DNA of 64,000 bases from Mytilus edulis (GCF_963676685.1 NC_092348.1:19840001-19904000); one strand, 5' to 3'; counted from the stretch's first letter, positions 13,286 to 27,769 are shown. A program made the numbers and translations. Notes: generated by a model from the letters alone, not told the origin.

Positions 13286-15273
13286 ATCTCAAATATGTAC
13301 TGATTTCGAATGTTATTGTTTATTTTCTGTAAATAAAAAACAGATTATGAAGTTACTTGGAGACTGAATCATTCCGCAAAATACAATCGATAGGAGTATT
13401 GAGTAAAATTATATTATAGATACATGTCATGCTAACGATTCCAATTGTCGATGTTTTACTTATCTTTCGCGGACAGTTCTAGTCGCCGGATAAAAGCTAG
13501 TTTTACTTCATAGCGCTTTTTTTTATCTGAGCGTCACTGGTTAGTATTGAGTGGACGAAACGCGCGTCTGGCGTATCTATTTTCAACCTGGTACCTTTTG
13601 TTAGTCATTATTCGTGTGTTTATCTGTCCTTTATATTCTCCTACTTATTTGTATTGTAGTCCTGTCATGTAATGTTTTCATTTTAATGTTATATTCAATA
13701 TTGCCATAAAAGCGGGAGGTTTGGCTAGCCACAAAACCAGGTTTTGTTTTTTTCTCAATCGATTTATGAATTTCGAACAGCGGTATATTACTTTTGCCTT
13801 AAATGTTGGGGTTTTTTTTGGGGGGGGGGGGGGGGGGTAAAACAGTCAGGAGTTCTTTTTATCAACGTGTTTTCAGCATCACCCTTTTAAGTGAATTCTG
13901 TTTTGTAAAATCACTGAAACAGTAATTTGAGAGGCGAATTTAAAACTTTTAAGTAAGTATTCATAACATTGCTTAATATTTTTTTTAAACGAACTTGATT
14001 TTTTTATATGATTGAAAGACATTAATTTCATTGACACAAAAAAATAACTGTAAGCATGCAGATAAAAGAGGGGCAAAAAAATACTAGATGGACAGTCAAA
14101 CTCATAGATCGACAAATCCATGGCTAAAAAAAACAAAAACAAACAGACAAATAATATTACACAAGATAGGGTATGTTGCTTAATGAACCTGTCGGTGTAA
14201 AAAAAAACTTAACAGTTAATTTGAAATATGAAATATGAAATTTAAACTGGAATACTTTGTAAATCAGAGCAAATCCTTCCGGATGATATTTGATACGTAA
14301 AGTAGAAACAGTTTTCAAAGGTATCAGACTTATAATTTATAAAGCCAAACAAGTTCAAAATTGAAGAGCATTGTAAACCAAAAATTCCAAAATAAAATGA
14401 CAAATACGGCTAAGGTAATCTATGCATGGGAAAAGAAAATCCTTAGTATTTCGAAAAATTCAAACTTTTGCCAACAGGAAATATATTTTAAAAATTACCA
14501 TATAATTAATATTCATATCAACACTGATGTGGTGACTACATCAGGTAACATAAAACCTTTTGTCTGATTGCTGGAGTAGTTTTATCATATATTTGATGAC
14601 AGAAAAATTCCAAAGATGCTTTTTAAAGCTTTAGCGCTCATTTTTACTGCACACTGCTGAAATTATTTTATAAATGGAACAGATAATGCATCTATGTATG
14701 CAAATTACAGAAACAACATGTCACTTAATTGAAAATTTATTAAATTGGCATTTAAAGATCATATTCAAAGGTAACACCATAATCACAAAAAAAGTGATTT
14801 AAATTCACTGAAATTTTCAAACCACTAAATAGGGGATAATGCAAACATATGATTAATTTGTACCACTAACTGGTACAATTGATAAACTCTTTTCGTACCA
14901 ATATTAAAATACTGACAATAGAATGCACCAGACGTACCGAATGTACTAGACATGTGACAGCATATTGTTTTTTATGTTTTTGTATTACCTATTATTGTAG
15001 ATATAATGCGTAATGATGGTTTGTGGAAGAATATTTTTAATCACGGACAATTATGATTATTTCGCCGAGAATAACAGAATATATACAAGATATTAGCTTA
15101 TTAATCGACTAGCTCATTCGATAGTTGTTTTGTATAAACGTGTTCTATTCATATCGAGTGTAAATGCGTCAATGGCAGTCAGAGAAATGCATTACCATGT
15201 ACAATGCAAAATTCTTCGTACATTATATTGACAGAATGTATGATCAAACGTTTTCACAACATTTTAAATTCTA

Positions 15274-16027
15274 CTAGAACACACCCGTGATATCGCGGGT
15301 CCGTGACTGAATTAAAGTATATAACTATGCGCAAGCCTTATTTTAGTATTAGTATTGTCATCTGATAAAGTCATGCCGATTATAAGATACACAGTTTTCT
15401 CTGCTTTCAAATCTTTCTGTTTGAACCCGTCGAACTGGAACTTGTCAATTATTGGTAATATTAATTATTTGGAAAACAAAAAGTCCTGGAATGGAGTATT
15501 TTTTAATCAACAGCATTGTCCTATATTCGTTATAAATAAAGTTGAATCCTTTGATTCGCTGTTTTACGTCATGCCCGCTAACAAATTGAAAACTGTACCT
15601 ATTCGCCTTTTTTAGTACAGATTTTTAGTATTCGTATTGTTATCTTAGAAAGTCTTACTGATTAAAATACTACAATAGGTAACAATTTGACAATTTAGTA
15701 GTGTCAACCCTGTGATTATGACCCGTGTATATAGCATATTATCCTGAATACACCGTTGGTTGGTGCGCCTGTCGATGCGGAACGTACCGATAAGAAAAAG
15801 GTAACAGGTGAATATACTATTGGTATCGGTATCGGACTCGACACGGAACTTCTTAAATATTGGCAATATTAATTACGTGGAAAACAAAAGGGCCTGGAGT
15901 GGTGTAACTTTTAATCTTCACCTTTGTACCATATTATTTATATATAGAGTTGAATTCTTTGATTCGTCGTTTTTACGTGATGACGGCTGACAAATTGGAC
16001 CTCGTAATTTTTATATTATATATATAG
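15274..16027 (-). mobile_element. Non-autonomous Helitron-like element
   Basis: Minus-strand 3' end has hairpin CCCGCGATATCACGGG followed by TGTGTTCTAG (plus 15274-15299). The 5' end is CTATATATATAATATAAAA. Internal ~160-bp duplication (~15435-15595 vs ~15845-16000). Confidence 0.65.
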
Positions 16028-17628
16028 TATGCTTTCTTTTCAATTAAATCTATAAAAACAAAATCAATGAACGTTCCAATCAATTCCATATTCGAAGAAC
16101 TTACTTCGTGTTACAATGATAACTTGAAGAATTAAGTTCAATCAAATTATCAATAAGTTTACATAGATAGTATGTAAGTTATCGTGCTTTATAAACACTA
16201 TTGTCGTAAAAGTTATGATTTGATATCTATGTTAACAAGAATTATACAGCAAGTCATCGTATCTATGATCCATTTTAGTAACATTTATTCATCGCTACGA
16301 AATATAAACACACCATAAGAAGAAACCAAAAGCAAACACCAGTCTAAAAGAAGTAAAATTCACGATAGAGAACGATCCCGTTTGACGTAGGTGTTAATTC
16401 TATTTTATCGTTCGATACTGAAATATAGAAAGGATGTTTCTGATTAGTAGTAGCATAAAAAATCTTACCACAATTTCATTTATTGTTCTTTATCTCCTAT
16501 TTTTTATCTTCCTTCCTTTTGTTGAAAGATTTGTTCTGTGTATTGTAGATTACAACTAGGAAATATATACTGAAGCCAAATATTCATTGTATTGATCATT
16601 TAATTACAGATTCTACTTCTGGCGACTCAATGAAGAAAAAAATAATTATAGATAAAAAGCACAGTACATTAATTATACTCCTAACGTTATTACTACCTAC
16701 ATTTTTAATAGAAAATACAATTATAGCATTCTATAAAATCTATATGACATATCATTGTGTTCTTTTTCTAAATTTGATAACGATATTTAATGGGGTTGTT
16801 AATTAATTAATAACACCTTATCCAAAGTATCTGACGTCAGGATAACTGTTCTTTCAATAATCAACTGCAATTTAGGTCATTTGAAAAATCATGAAAAACG
16901 TTGAATATGTTTTATATACTTGAGAGGTGACGTTTTACTTTGAATCTAATGTTCGTATTTTTTCTTGTAGAAAAAAATTTACATTTTCAAAATCTTCATA
17001 AATGAACTGATTTTGAATTATTGTCATTCGCCGATATTTTCCCGTATGCATTAACCTTAGTTACTCGTTAGAAATTCGATCAACGCACATCGCAAGTCCG
17101 AGGGGGAACGCTGTGTCAAAAGAATATAAACAACCGTTCACTGGAATGTTAATAGTAAGAACGAGTTATTAAAAAATATAATTCACCATTTCACTTTTTC
17201 ACTTTTTCGACCTATAAGAAACCCAAATCATAATCGTTTTAGTTTGTGAGTCACATTTAATAAAATGTTTGATAAGAAAATATGTCATTTGGAAAACCTC
17301 CATAGGCCTGAACACTGTACAAATATCTTTCGGTTCTTTATACCTTAGGAATTTTAACAAAATACGTAAAAATGGATCTTCCTTCACGCTTCAAAATACA
17401 GGAATGAAATATGTCTCTCTTCATGCCCACCGGGGGAAATTCTTTTTCTCTATATGACCAATGATTGGAAGCAAGTTTCATTAAACTGCCGAATAAAATA
17501 AATTGATTTTGAATAGTTTTAAAAGACTTATCTTTTGACATAATTCAGAAAAAACTGTACACCAACTTTCGAGATAGTATATGAGAAACATTTAAGTATC
17601 TAAAATGTAAACATCTATATAAACTAAA

Positions 17629-20600
17629 GTGATGTTTCTTCTAACATTACTGTGTAATGCTAGTAAGACCATGACAACGAAACATGGAAATATAGGAAGC
17701 GGTAAGGCTGCACATATACCGCCACATTTAGAAGAAAAATTTGTAGTGACAACATTTGATCGGAAGTTGTTATTTTCTACGACAGGATGGAATATTGCAA
17801 ATAGTTTGAGTACCTTTTACCCTAAGAAAAGGTCAGAGTAATAATTCGATACTAGTAAAAATGAAAATAATATTAATGCAATAACTGATGGAATATCGGC
17901 CATTTAGAACGATACAAAACAGGTTACCACTGAAAAGGAGGGTTTGTATTATTCCAATGCAGAAACAGGTATCTATCGAACTAATACTTTCATGTCGTCT
18001 CCGGCAACAATTCAAAATTATTCTGAACTCACTTTTACGGCTATTATGTTGAATAATGTTGCACATGCATTTGAAAATATGGTTTTAAAAATGTCTAATA
18101 CTTCAAAACATGATCTATCTACACAGTCCTATTTTAGAAATGTTACTCAGTTTTTCAGACCAACCTATAGAAAGTATCAATGATACCTTATTGACTGATG
18201 TACCTGGACCGACTTCAGACTTGATTTTACGTTATCCTTGTTTGAAAGAAGGATCTTACAACATTACGATGTCAATGAAGCATAAGTTCTGTAGATGTGA
18301 TCAGTACTGTAAAATATTCAATGATTGTTGTCGTGACAACAAAGTTAAAGTCATATGAACCGAGTGACTGGTGAAAAATAATGTTTATCCAATTCTTGAA
18401 CCAATTCATGTATATATCATTAACTTAGTCTTCTGTGAACGATTTGATCATTTTTTACGCAAAAATATCGTATAATCGTCAATTTTTTTTTCTCTCTGTC
18501 TGTTATGATTTAACAAATATGGCAGCTCATTAAATGCCGTGCTTTGAAGCCGAAGGTTACTGATTGTCACCTTAAAGTAAACAATCAACAAAATGCGCAT
18601 GGATATTGAGCACGTGTATAACATAATACAATCAGATAACAGTGTATTTTAATGACAGATCCACGCGTATTTCGATCACCGGATTTTTACGAGAAAGGTT
18701 CACGCTAAGGTCACATGCATATACGGAAATATGTCGGCGAATTGCTTCCTGGAAGCAACCAAATGAAATAAAGTAAACTTCTTCCAAATGTGGACAAATT
18801 AAAGAATTTTCTTCAGAAAAAAGTATATGTACATAAGTCTAATAATGAAATCTATCCATTTAGTTAAAAAAAAATCATATGCATCATTTATTTTAATTTC
18901 AGGTTTCATATTGTAATTTCAATGAAACAAATCACCACAATTATTTGTACACTTTAATTTAAACTGTAATTGTACTGCTCCTCGGGGCGTCTTGATTGAC
19001 AAATAAAAATTGTTGTTGTTGTTGTTGTTTTTAATGACTTTAAACAGAGTTCAGAATTGTCAATGTTTCCAAAAAATATACGATGTGTTACAAAGGACAG
19101 TCTTAATGATATATACAGAAAGTCTGGATACTTTACAATAACGTCATGTCCAGATGATTATTATAATAGTACTGTTATCGAAAAATGTAGCAAACATGAT
19201 ACGAAATACAATGGACCAATCGTAGCTGTTCAATCTAATCTACTTTTTAAATATCAATTTTAGGGGGCTTATGTCACAATTGTAGTACTTTTACGTCCTT
19301 TTCACGGACAGATACCACCAAAATCACCAATTTGCAATGATTCTAAAAACGGCAGTTAATATGTAAATCCTGTGGTTGGAATTGAATTTCCAGTTGGACT
19401 TGAAACAGTGTGTGTCGGAGAGGATAATGATGCCTTTGTTGGAGGTAAAAGACATACGACTGTTGCCGCGTCTGTCATGTTTTCTTGGCACCAACGAATA
19501 CTGTTACGGACACATGTGAAGAATTGACAAAGACGGTAGGTTCATTTTCTTCCTTTAAACTCTCATTCTGTCAATTTTTTGTTGAAATATTGAGTTTGAA
19601 ATTGCTAACTATAATAAGAATTAGGTATTTCATTGATTTTCTACTGTACTAATCACATAAACAGTATTTGATTATGTCGAATACAGAATATGTTTTTCTA
19701 AAATATGAAATAACCTGAAGGCATTTATTAAGGAATCCAACTATGAAATGTATCCTCATACCTTAAGTATGACACCTCTTCAACATGGTTGGAATGTTGC
19801 TTTTAACTAAATTCATTGACGGGAAGATAACGATTAGAATATTAATATGCTACATGTGCTAAAAAAATGAACATTTATCATAAAAGTAGACCAGTGACAC
19901 ACTGTGGTTTCTAACTTTGCACATCCACATACCGGATGAGTAATACAATAATCCCTTTATATATAGCTCTTCAACGGTTTCGGTACTTATACATCCTCGG
20001 ATTTCAAATGTTTGGCTTTGAGCGTTCCTGATGAAGGTAAATCCAGAAAAGCGCTTTGGACGCATTGTAATTATTAAACGTGTTGTTTTCCATTTTTTAT
20101 ACCTTTTACTTTTAAAATTTCTGCATCAATATTATTATACTTTTCATCAGATATTTTAGTTTTGTCATATACAGTAAATGATATGCTATATTTACTTGTT
20201 TGGTTATCATTGTTTAGCTAAAAGGTAAATGAGCAATACTCTTCAACTTTGAGATACGTTTTATATATTGTTATTATATCCAAGATATAAAAAACCATAT
20301 TTGATTGTGTGTTATGTCTCGATAAGATGTGTAATAATGAACATATATGAGCGTAGAGTATTTATATACACATGCAGCATCACTGGATTGCGAATTGAAC
20401 TATATCTGTAAAATTATAGCACTGCAATAATAATGTATGTCATTCTTAAATTTCATTCAATAGCACACAATATAGTTCCATGGCCATTGGGAGAGCCAAG
20501 TAAAATTCCTTTTACTTCTTTGAATTTTGACGTATATGCATGTGTATACCTGTAATTTTTATTTCCCTATTGATACATTAACATGGAATCGACACTGACA

Positions 20601-22240
20601 TAATATATGTATATTAATACACGTCAAGAGATGTACAAGAATTACGTGCATGTCCATTGATTTGTTTTATTATCAAGGTTTTTCAACGATTGAAATTTGC
20701 CTGTTCAGAAGAACCCGGCTAACCAACAGGAAACCAAGGACATTCGTCAGAAAAACATGCAATCTTAAGATCGAAGTCCTATGGAGCCAAGAGGAAAGTT
20801 CAAACTCAAATGTTCAGTGTTGACAGGCTAGAGCTTACTGTCAATTAGGTTTGTTCCATCCGGAAAATATTCAATACTAATTTAGGATATACAAACTTAT
20901 ATATCAAATAAAGGCAGAAAATAAGACTAACTGGAGATGAACCACGTTGTAAATATCCGCAATGTTTATATCTTTATTCAAATAGGAATCAAGTGATATT
21001 TTTGTCAGATAACTATCCCTTACACCAACTTTTACAATAGCATGAAAGAGCAACGCCAATGAACTGATGTCATTCCTTACAAATTATTTTAGATGGTAGA
21101 CGATATTTTGGTCCTCTTTTAGAAAACGTTTCTTTCGGTCTTTAAAGATGAATATGGTTATACTGATTATATCTAAACTTTGCTGTTTCAAAGTCACTTT
21201 TGAAGGAGCATTGTTTTCTATGTTAGCCTTCTACAACTGATGTGCATAGGTTTGTTACAATTAATCAGTATTCTAATAAGTATTTTACTTCAACTCAATG
21301 TATTTTTTGTTTGGATTTTTATTGGCAGATTGTGAAGAATGGATTGTGTTTACGCGAGGAAACCTACACAAAATACAATTATTCAAATGGACAATGTATT
21401 TCTTAAATGATGGAACATTGTTATTAAATGATATTAATCGAATTGTTTGGATTTTTGTCTACAAGTCAGAAAACATAATAGCTTAGAGTTCTCATTTAAT
21501 TTTGGGGAAATATTATGGAACTGTATTTCAGATTTTGCAATTGACAATTTAATTGTTTTTACAAAGACGGTTTTAATAAAGAACTTGCAAGAATAAAGAC
21601 TAATATTAACAATAACCAATGGAGTTGACAACTTGCTGATGTGAAAATGAATAGAACAATAACAGTTAAGAAGGACAAACAAGATTCCAGTTCGCCTGGG
21701 GTAAAAATGAAGATTTTTCTATACAAAGGTTCTTCAATGATATGCAAAATTTATGCATAAAACTGTTATGTTTTTCAATATTGCGTTTTCGTAACAGAAA
21801 AAGATATATCAGACTATTTCCACCAATGCTGTGCAAAACAAATCACAGACTACAATTGTAAAGTTCAAGTGTCAAAATATTAACAAAAAGGAAATCAAAA
21901 GAAAACCTGAACATATTTCATCAGGCAAACACTTTGTTAGCACTCATATAGTTTTTTTTATATTTGCAATTTCTTAAGTATTGCTAATTTTTGTTTATAG
22001 AAAATTCGGTCTATCTGAAAGTATAATGGAATCAAATTTAAAGAATGTGTAAGTGTCAATTCTAATATCCAACGTTTTGTTTATGGTTGACATTGGAGCT
22101 TCCAAACACCATTGCTATGATTCTGGAAAAGTTGTGAACAAAATCAGAGAATAACAAAGATCTGCTATCAATACTCAATTCGCCGTTTAGAATCTGAAGC
22201 ATTCTGGGTAGTATTTCCAAAGGCGTACACAAAAAAAACC
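17629..22240 (+). pseudogene. Decayed somatomedin-B (SMB)-domain adhesion/Methuselah-like GPCR
   Basis: Fragments in several frames: signal-like MFLLTLLCNAS; Thr/Asn-rich stalk; SMB-like CRCDQYCKIFNDCCRD (~18290-18340); TITSCPDDYYNSTVIEKC..GPIV (~19130-19260); TM1-TM2-like THIVFFIFAIS*VLLIFVYRKFGL..SNLKNV*VSILISNVLFMVDIGA (~21940-22100). Multiple stops and frameshifts; no TM3-7 seen. Confidence 0.6.
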
Positions 22241-23672
22241 AATTGAAAATCAACCAATGACTTATCGTTCGTTCCCTATTTGTATATGAACAATAAGATC
22301 ACACATCGTCCGTTAGATTCAAAACATATTTCAATAAAAAAAAACTACTGACATCATTGAAATATGACAGGCACACACATTCTTGTTATGTCATAACAAC
22401 TAATACTTCCTTTTATGTCATAACAACTAATACTTCTTTTTATTGTACGTTCTGAATTACGCCTTTGTATATTCCTACCTCTTTCTTCAATTAAAATCAC
22501 ATTTGCCTGTTTCTATCCTGTTTTGTGTCTGGCTAAAGACTAAAAGGTAGACAAAATTAAATTATATTCATTTTTTTATTGTAAAATACTGAGAAAAATA
22601 AACAAACAAATTTTCAAAAAATTGTTTTAGATGTTATCTCTTCATAGCTTGACTAAAATTCAATAAAATTTTATGAAAAAAAATAATTGATATGAAACAA
22701 ACCTAATCCCAAGACTGAATCTACTTGTTGACAGCTAACAGTTAATAAATATGATAGATGTGGCATGAGTTTCAATAAGGAGACAACTCAAGTCAATTTC
22801 TATGTTATATGGTATCAAAAGGGAAATAGAAAAGTACAGTAACACACATGCATATATATACCATGTACGTCAAAATCCATAGTATTGTAAAGAATTTTAC
22901 TTGGTTTTCCCCATGCCAATGAAACTATAGTTTGTGCTATTTAATAAATCATGAAAAAGACATGCATTATTATTGTAGTGCTATAATGTAAGGGATAAAG
23001 TTTTATTTTCAGTACGGTCTTCAACACTGAGACTTATATATATTTATTTCTCAACAAACTAAATTACATTTGTAAAGAGATACACACAACAAAAATTACA
23101 TAATGTATATGTACAGACATACAATAGTTTGCTACCACCGATATAGAAAGAGCTAGTTTTTGAAATTTTTTAAACATTTTCAGCGGTACTGAGTTAGTTT
23201 CTAGCTCAAATTATTAAACGGTCTTTTTGCATCCAATTTTTTAAGATGACTATAACCAACCACAAACAATATCCGAGAAAGGTCTCCGACACCCTAGGTT
23301 CTAAAGGCCCCAAATCATTAATGGATAATGAAAAGAGGTTAAATATTCCAAAAGGACACTAAAACTCATAAATCACGGTTTTGATCGTCATTGATTTACG
23401 TCAATTAAAAAAAATAAAACAACACTGTGACATATTTTGTATGAATAATCGATTATGTACATCTTGTCTTTTCAATGTCAGTTGCATATGCGTGGTGATT
23501 ATTAATCTTATTTGCATAATTCATCTCATTGCATATTTCTGATGGAGATGTCAATCATGTACGTGTTCGTTGAGTTTCCGAAGATTGACAGAAACAAACT
23601 CACGTGGTTTATGTACAACTTTAGAGGAAAGAGTAGGTCTGGAGTAAATACATATTCTAGATACGATCAGAG

Positions 23673-26076
23673 ATGATCATGTTGTTTCACACAATTCTCG
23701 TAAGTTACACCAATATTTATTTAAAACAATAGGAAAAAATCTATATTCAGTGTTAGCACTTTATAAATGATACTATCAAAAATATTCATGTTTTCAAATA
23801 ATATTCGTTTTTCTTAATTCTTTTGCCTTACGCTTCACTTTACTTCATATACAAAGTGTATAAACTTAGTTATTCTAGCACATCTTTTAACTTTTGTTTT
23901 TTTCAATTTTACTCGATTGTTAGGCCTATGCTATCTCTTAAAATCAAAATTTGTAAAATGACAATCTTGTGTAATAAGATGGAACCATGCAATAAAACTA
24001 AAGTATAAAATGTATATATACATGTATATATATTTTTTCAAAGACGTCTTACGAAGTGTGTGTTGCTTTTCGACTAGAAGTGGTACGTAGTTCAAGTTCT
24101 GTTAGTTTTTTTTATCAAAATGTTTTACTGATGTTGTGTTAGTTGTTTACCTTATAAGTTGTTACAGTTCGTATTTTGTTTTAGTTTTTTTTACCAGTAA
24201 ACGTTTACGTATACGTAGGTTGTGTTAGTTTTGCTGTATAAATTTGTTGATGCTGAGGTTGCCGATCCTACAAGAATATGTACACCACCATTACCCGAAG
24301 ACGACGATTATTTTAAGGACTTAGAACAGGGAGATAAAGAAATAAGGTAAATGTCTTTGTAAGATAGGCTAGTGGAAGTTGGCTATTAAATTTGGTGGAG
24401 ACACTTTCAAATGAATATAATGGACTGCACAAGATTTTAATGCAACCAAAAAGCCTCATATTTTTTTCGGATTAACTATATGAATCTATGACAAACCAGA
24501 TTGATGTGAAAACGAATTTATGTTACTTTGATATATAATTATCATAAAGGTTGTATCTTTATCATTATCCTTATATTTATTGTTGAAATTTTATCTTTTA
24601 TTGTTTATATTTTAACTTTCATTGTCATCATTAGTGCTACATTTTTATTATCAAAAACGTGATTTTTGTCTGTAGTGTTTGCGTTTAAATTTTTATTTTG
24701 TATTTGTAGAGCTGAAATAAATAGAAGTTTAGATAGGGAAACAACGCTTAAGGTAGAAACAGATAGAGCTGTCAATGAGTTAATGTTTGAAGCTAATCCA
24801 GTGTAAGTTTTGATACTCTTGTATTGCAGTTAAGTTACCAAGCAAAGAAAAGATTTTAAAAAAATGAATAAAAAGTAAAATCACAAAAATACTGAACTCA
24901 GAGGAAAATCAATACGGAAAGTCGATAATCACATGGCAAAATCAAATAACAAAACGCATCAAAAACGAATAGACAAGAACTGTCATATTGTTGATGCTGA
25001 AGTTGCCGATCCTACAAGAATATGTACACCACCAATACCCGAAGACAACGATTATTTTAAGGACTTAGAACAGGGAGATAAAGAAATAAGGTAAATGTCT
25101 TTGTAAGATAGGCTAGTCGAAGTTGGCTATTAAATAAATGTAATACAATTATCCGTTTCAATATATAAAACAATACATCTAACGGTTACTGTCAAAGTAC
25201 CAGTTTGCTAAATTATTTTACAGGATAAAAAAAAACATGCAAATTGATGAATAAATATGCATTGCTACATAGATATTTTAATCAGGATTCAATTCTTTTT
25301 AATTTACATATTGAAGGAAGGATATCAATTGTTGATTTGTTTTCAGGTTTGTATGGACGGTTGGAATGTGTAAATATAAATACCTGTCTTACGTCCCTTC
25401 CAAACAAGTCTGGTACCAAGGGAAAATGTGTTATGTATTGCATTACTTCTGGTATCAAATCTGGAAATACTTGGATTGTCCGTAAGTACATGTATAACTT
25501 TTAATGTTTTTAGAACCAAAGTTACCTAGTCACGATCATTACATAACAGGGAGATAACTCTTTCAAAATCAACTGAATGTATTAATAACGTTCTATTAAA
25601 TTCTTTTCAATAAACAAAACTAGTGCTTGTCCAAACGTCTCTGTGACAGTGTGTTGTTCACGTTTTTTGAATATTATATGTTGTTGTCAGAAGGTCAAAG
25701 TAAATATTTTGTCAAAATTTAAAGAAAAAGAGCCAGATTAAATTTCGTCAAGGTGTATGGTACCACCTTCATTCTTTCAATAATGTACCATAAGGTCTCC
25801 AGCTATCTGTTTCCCCAATTTTGTCGAATTTATTTTAGTTTGATACTTATTACAATTTTTATGATTACTTTTTTGTTTCATTTCAGTAAGCAACTTTGCA
25901 GTCACGTTCCGTGTAATCAATGGACCCCATACGTGTACAGATGTGTTCCGTCTTGTAAGCGTTCCTTCTATATGTGGATAGCTTGTCCCACTGGTCACCA
26001 TAGTTTCCCGTATAAGTACATCAGAATAGAGAAAAGGTTACCACAATGTTGTGAATGTAAGAGATACAAGTGCTGA
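23673..26076 (+). CDS. Secreted Spaetzle-like cystine-knot protein, type A copy 1 (A1), 190 aa
   Basis: Exons 23673-23699, 24219-24346, 24710-24802, 25347-25481 and 25887-26076, all GT-AG (phases 0,2,2,2). Protein: MIMLFHTILVVLVLLYKFVDA|EVADPTRICTPPLPEDDDYFKDLEQGDKEIRAEINRSLDRETTLKVETDRAVNELMFEANPVFVWTVGMCKYKYLSYVPSKQVWYQGKMCYVLHYFWYQIWKYLDCPKQLCSHVPCNQWTPYVYRCVPSCKRSFYMWIACPTGHHSFPYKYIRIEKRLPQCCECKRYKC*. AATAAA at 26119. Exon lengths are identical in paralog A2. Confidence 0.9.
24988..25135 (+). pseudogene. Intronic partial copy of A1 exon 2 plus its donor site
   Basis: Near-identical to 24243-24391, keeps the GTAAAT donor at 25091 and lacks the acceptor. It follows a repeat fragment (~24860-24987) and is absent from the equivalent intron of A2. 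Confidence 0.9.
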
Positions 26077-27769
26077 AGATGTGAGAGCGAAAACCAGTTT
26101 TCATGAAAAATTAATGAAAATAAAATTTAAACATGTTAAAATCGTCTTATTATTTCTTAATACCTTAAAAAAGGATATATTCCACTATCTTAATATATTG
26201 ATTCGGAATTGTTGTATGACTCCCACTGAAACAACTATCCGTTTAAAGACCTAAGGAAAAGGATCTTAACAAAAACAGGTCACTGTATGCCTTTCAACAG
26301 TGCATCTAGCAAAAATCACATAGTAAAGTAACAAAGGCAGCATAAAAATATATACAGTTACAATAGAGATTATAAAGCGAGCCTGTTTTGTCATCTGTTA
26401 TGATAACAGATAAGTTTTAATTATCGAAGCCACAATCCTCTTTCACTCAATTGTGACATGATGAATTTGGCTTTTGAAGTACAATATTTCGGGTGCTATA
26501 TGTGGAGCATAATCTTCTAACTCTTCGGGAGCACCAATTGAGATAACCAAAATTATTGATGGAGTTCGGCTTGCTAAGCCTTCAGTTGTTTTAGGTTGTG
26601 ACTATTTTTTGGCCATGGCTTGGTCCGTGTGTTTTCAATTTATAAGTTTTGATTTTTTTTTTAATTTTTCTGCTCTTTTTTTCAATGTTGCATACTCTTA
26701 ATCCATAATCGAACTACTAAAATCAGCAAGCAAAATAAAGATGGTCATGCCGATCGTACATGTACTACACATGACGACATATTCAATCAACCAACAATTA
26801 ACCTAGCATTACAAGATGTGCCAAAGTTATCCAAATATTTTAAAAACAATTGCATTGTGAAGACTAACAGCATAATTTACAACAAAATGGTTACGAAAAT
26901 CAACTATGGCTGATATAAAGCCACGACAACCAGTGAACTAAAGGCACCATACTTGTATTTGGCATATAAACGAATGAGTTGGTGTTGAACAGGTTTTGTG
27001 ATCGCTTCACCCTCCTTTAACCTGAGACAAAACAATATCAACACTTCGTCACATTGACATTCGAAACAAGAGGTAAATACATACAAAATACAATCACATA
27101 CAATCATAGTGAAATAAGTAATAAAACAACTTAGAAATGAACTATATTATTAATTACTTTACTATATGATATTTTCGTTAACTTTGAAACGAATAAAGGA
27201 ACATTTTTAAGTACATTTATATTAACCAATGATAGTAGTCCTTTCATTTTTGATGCACTGGGATATTCAATATAGTATTTTAAACAGTGTGGTTACATCA
27301 CAACATAATAAAGAACAAACTTTCAAACTTAATCTAAAAGGGCTTAACTCATCAGATCAATACAAAGAAGAAAAACATCACAAAAAACAAATCGGACGTA
27401 GACGATATTTATACATACCCAACAACAAACAAAACACAAAGTACAGATCTAAAAGTATTCACTATTACTCACACCTAGTTCAAAGCCAATAACAACTTTA
27501 AAAAAACTTGTACAAGTATCAATCAACAAAGTTCAACTACTGATGAATTTATAATAAACACGTCATAAACATTCAGGGCAAAACACGACCTTGTGAAATA
27601 CCAAACTAAATGGTACAAATGTATCGACATATTGTATAGTACCGTTGAAAACAGTTGTATTGGAGTTTTTTTTATATGTATATTCTGAGACTTTTGTGTT
27701 ATAGTAGTCTCAGTTATATTGTAAACGGTGATTCGTTGTAATAGAACCTCCGGCAATTGTTTTTGTTCA

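Noticed and set aside
12057-13367. Plus-strand ORFs of 108 and 141 aa
   Set aside because: Antisense shadows of the NIT-GC large exon.
13821-13836. Poly-G run as a regulatory G-quadruplex upstream of the NIT-GC
   Set aside because: A simple homopolymer at the edge of repeat fragments, with no supporting evidence.
25244-25504. ORF-track translations over A exon 4 (also 25282, 49403, 49416)
   Set aside because: Wrong frame or strand; splice phases and A/B Cys homology define a different frame.
25753-26076. Stand-alone short Cys-rich antimicrobial or toxin peptides, as suggested by the ORF track (also 32816, 36589, 48801)
   Set aside because: The N-terminal parts of these ORFs are intron sequence. 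The Cys-rich parts are last exons of 5-exon genes, and their Cys spacing does not fit defensin, mytilin, myticin or knottin frameworks.
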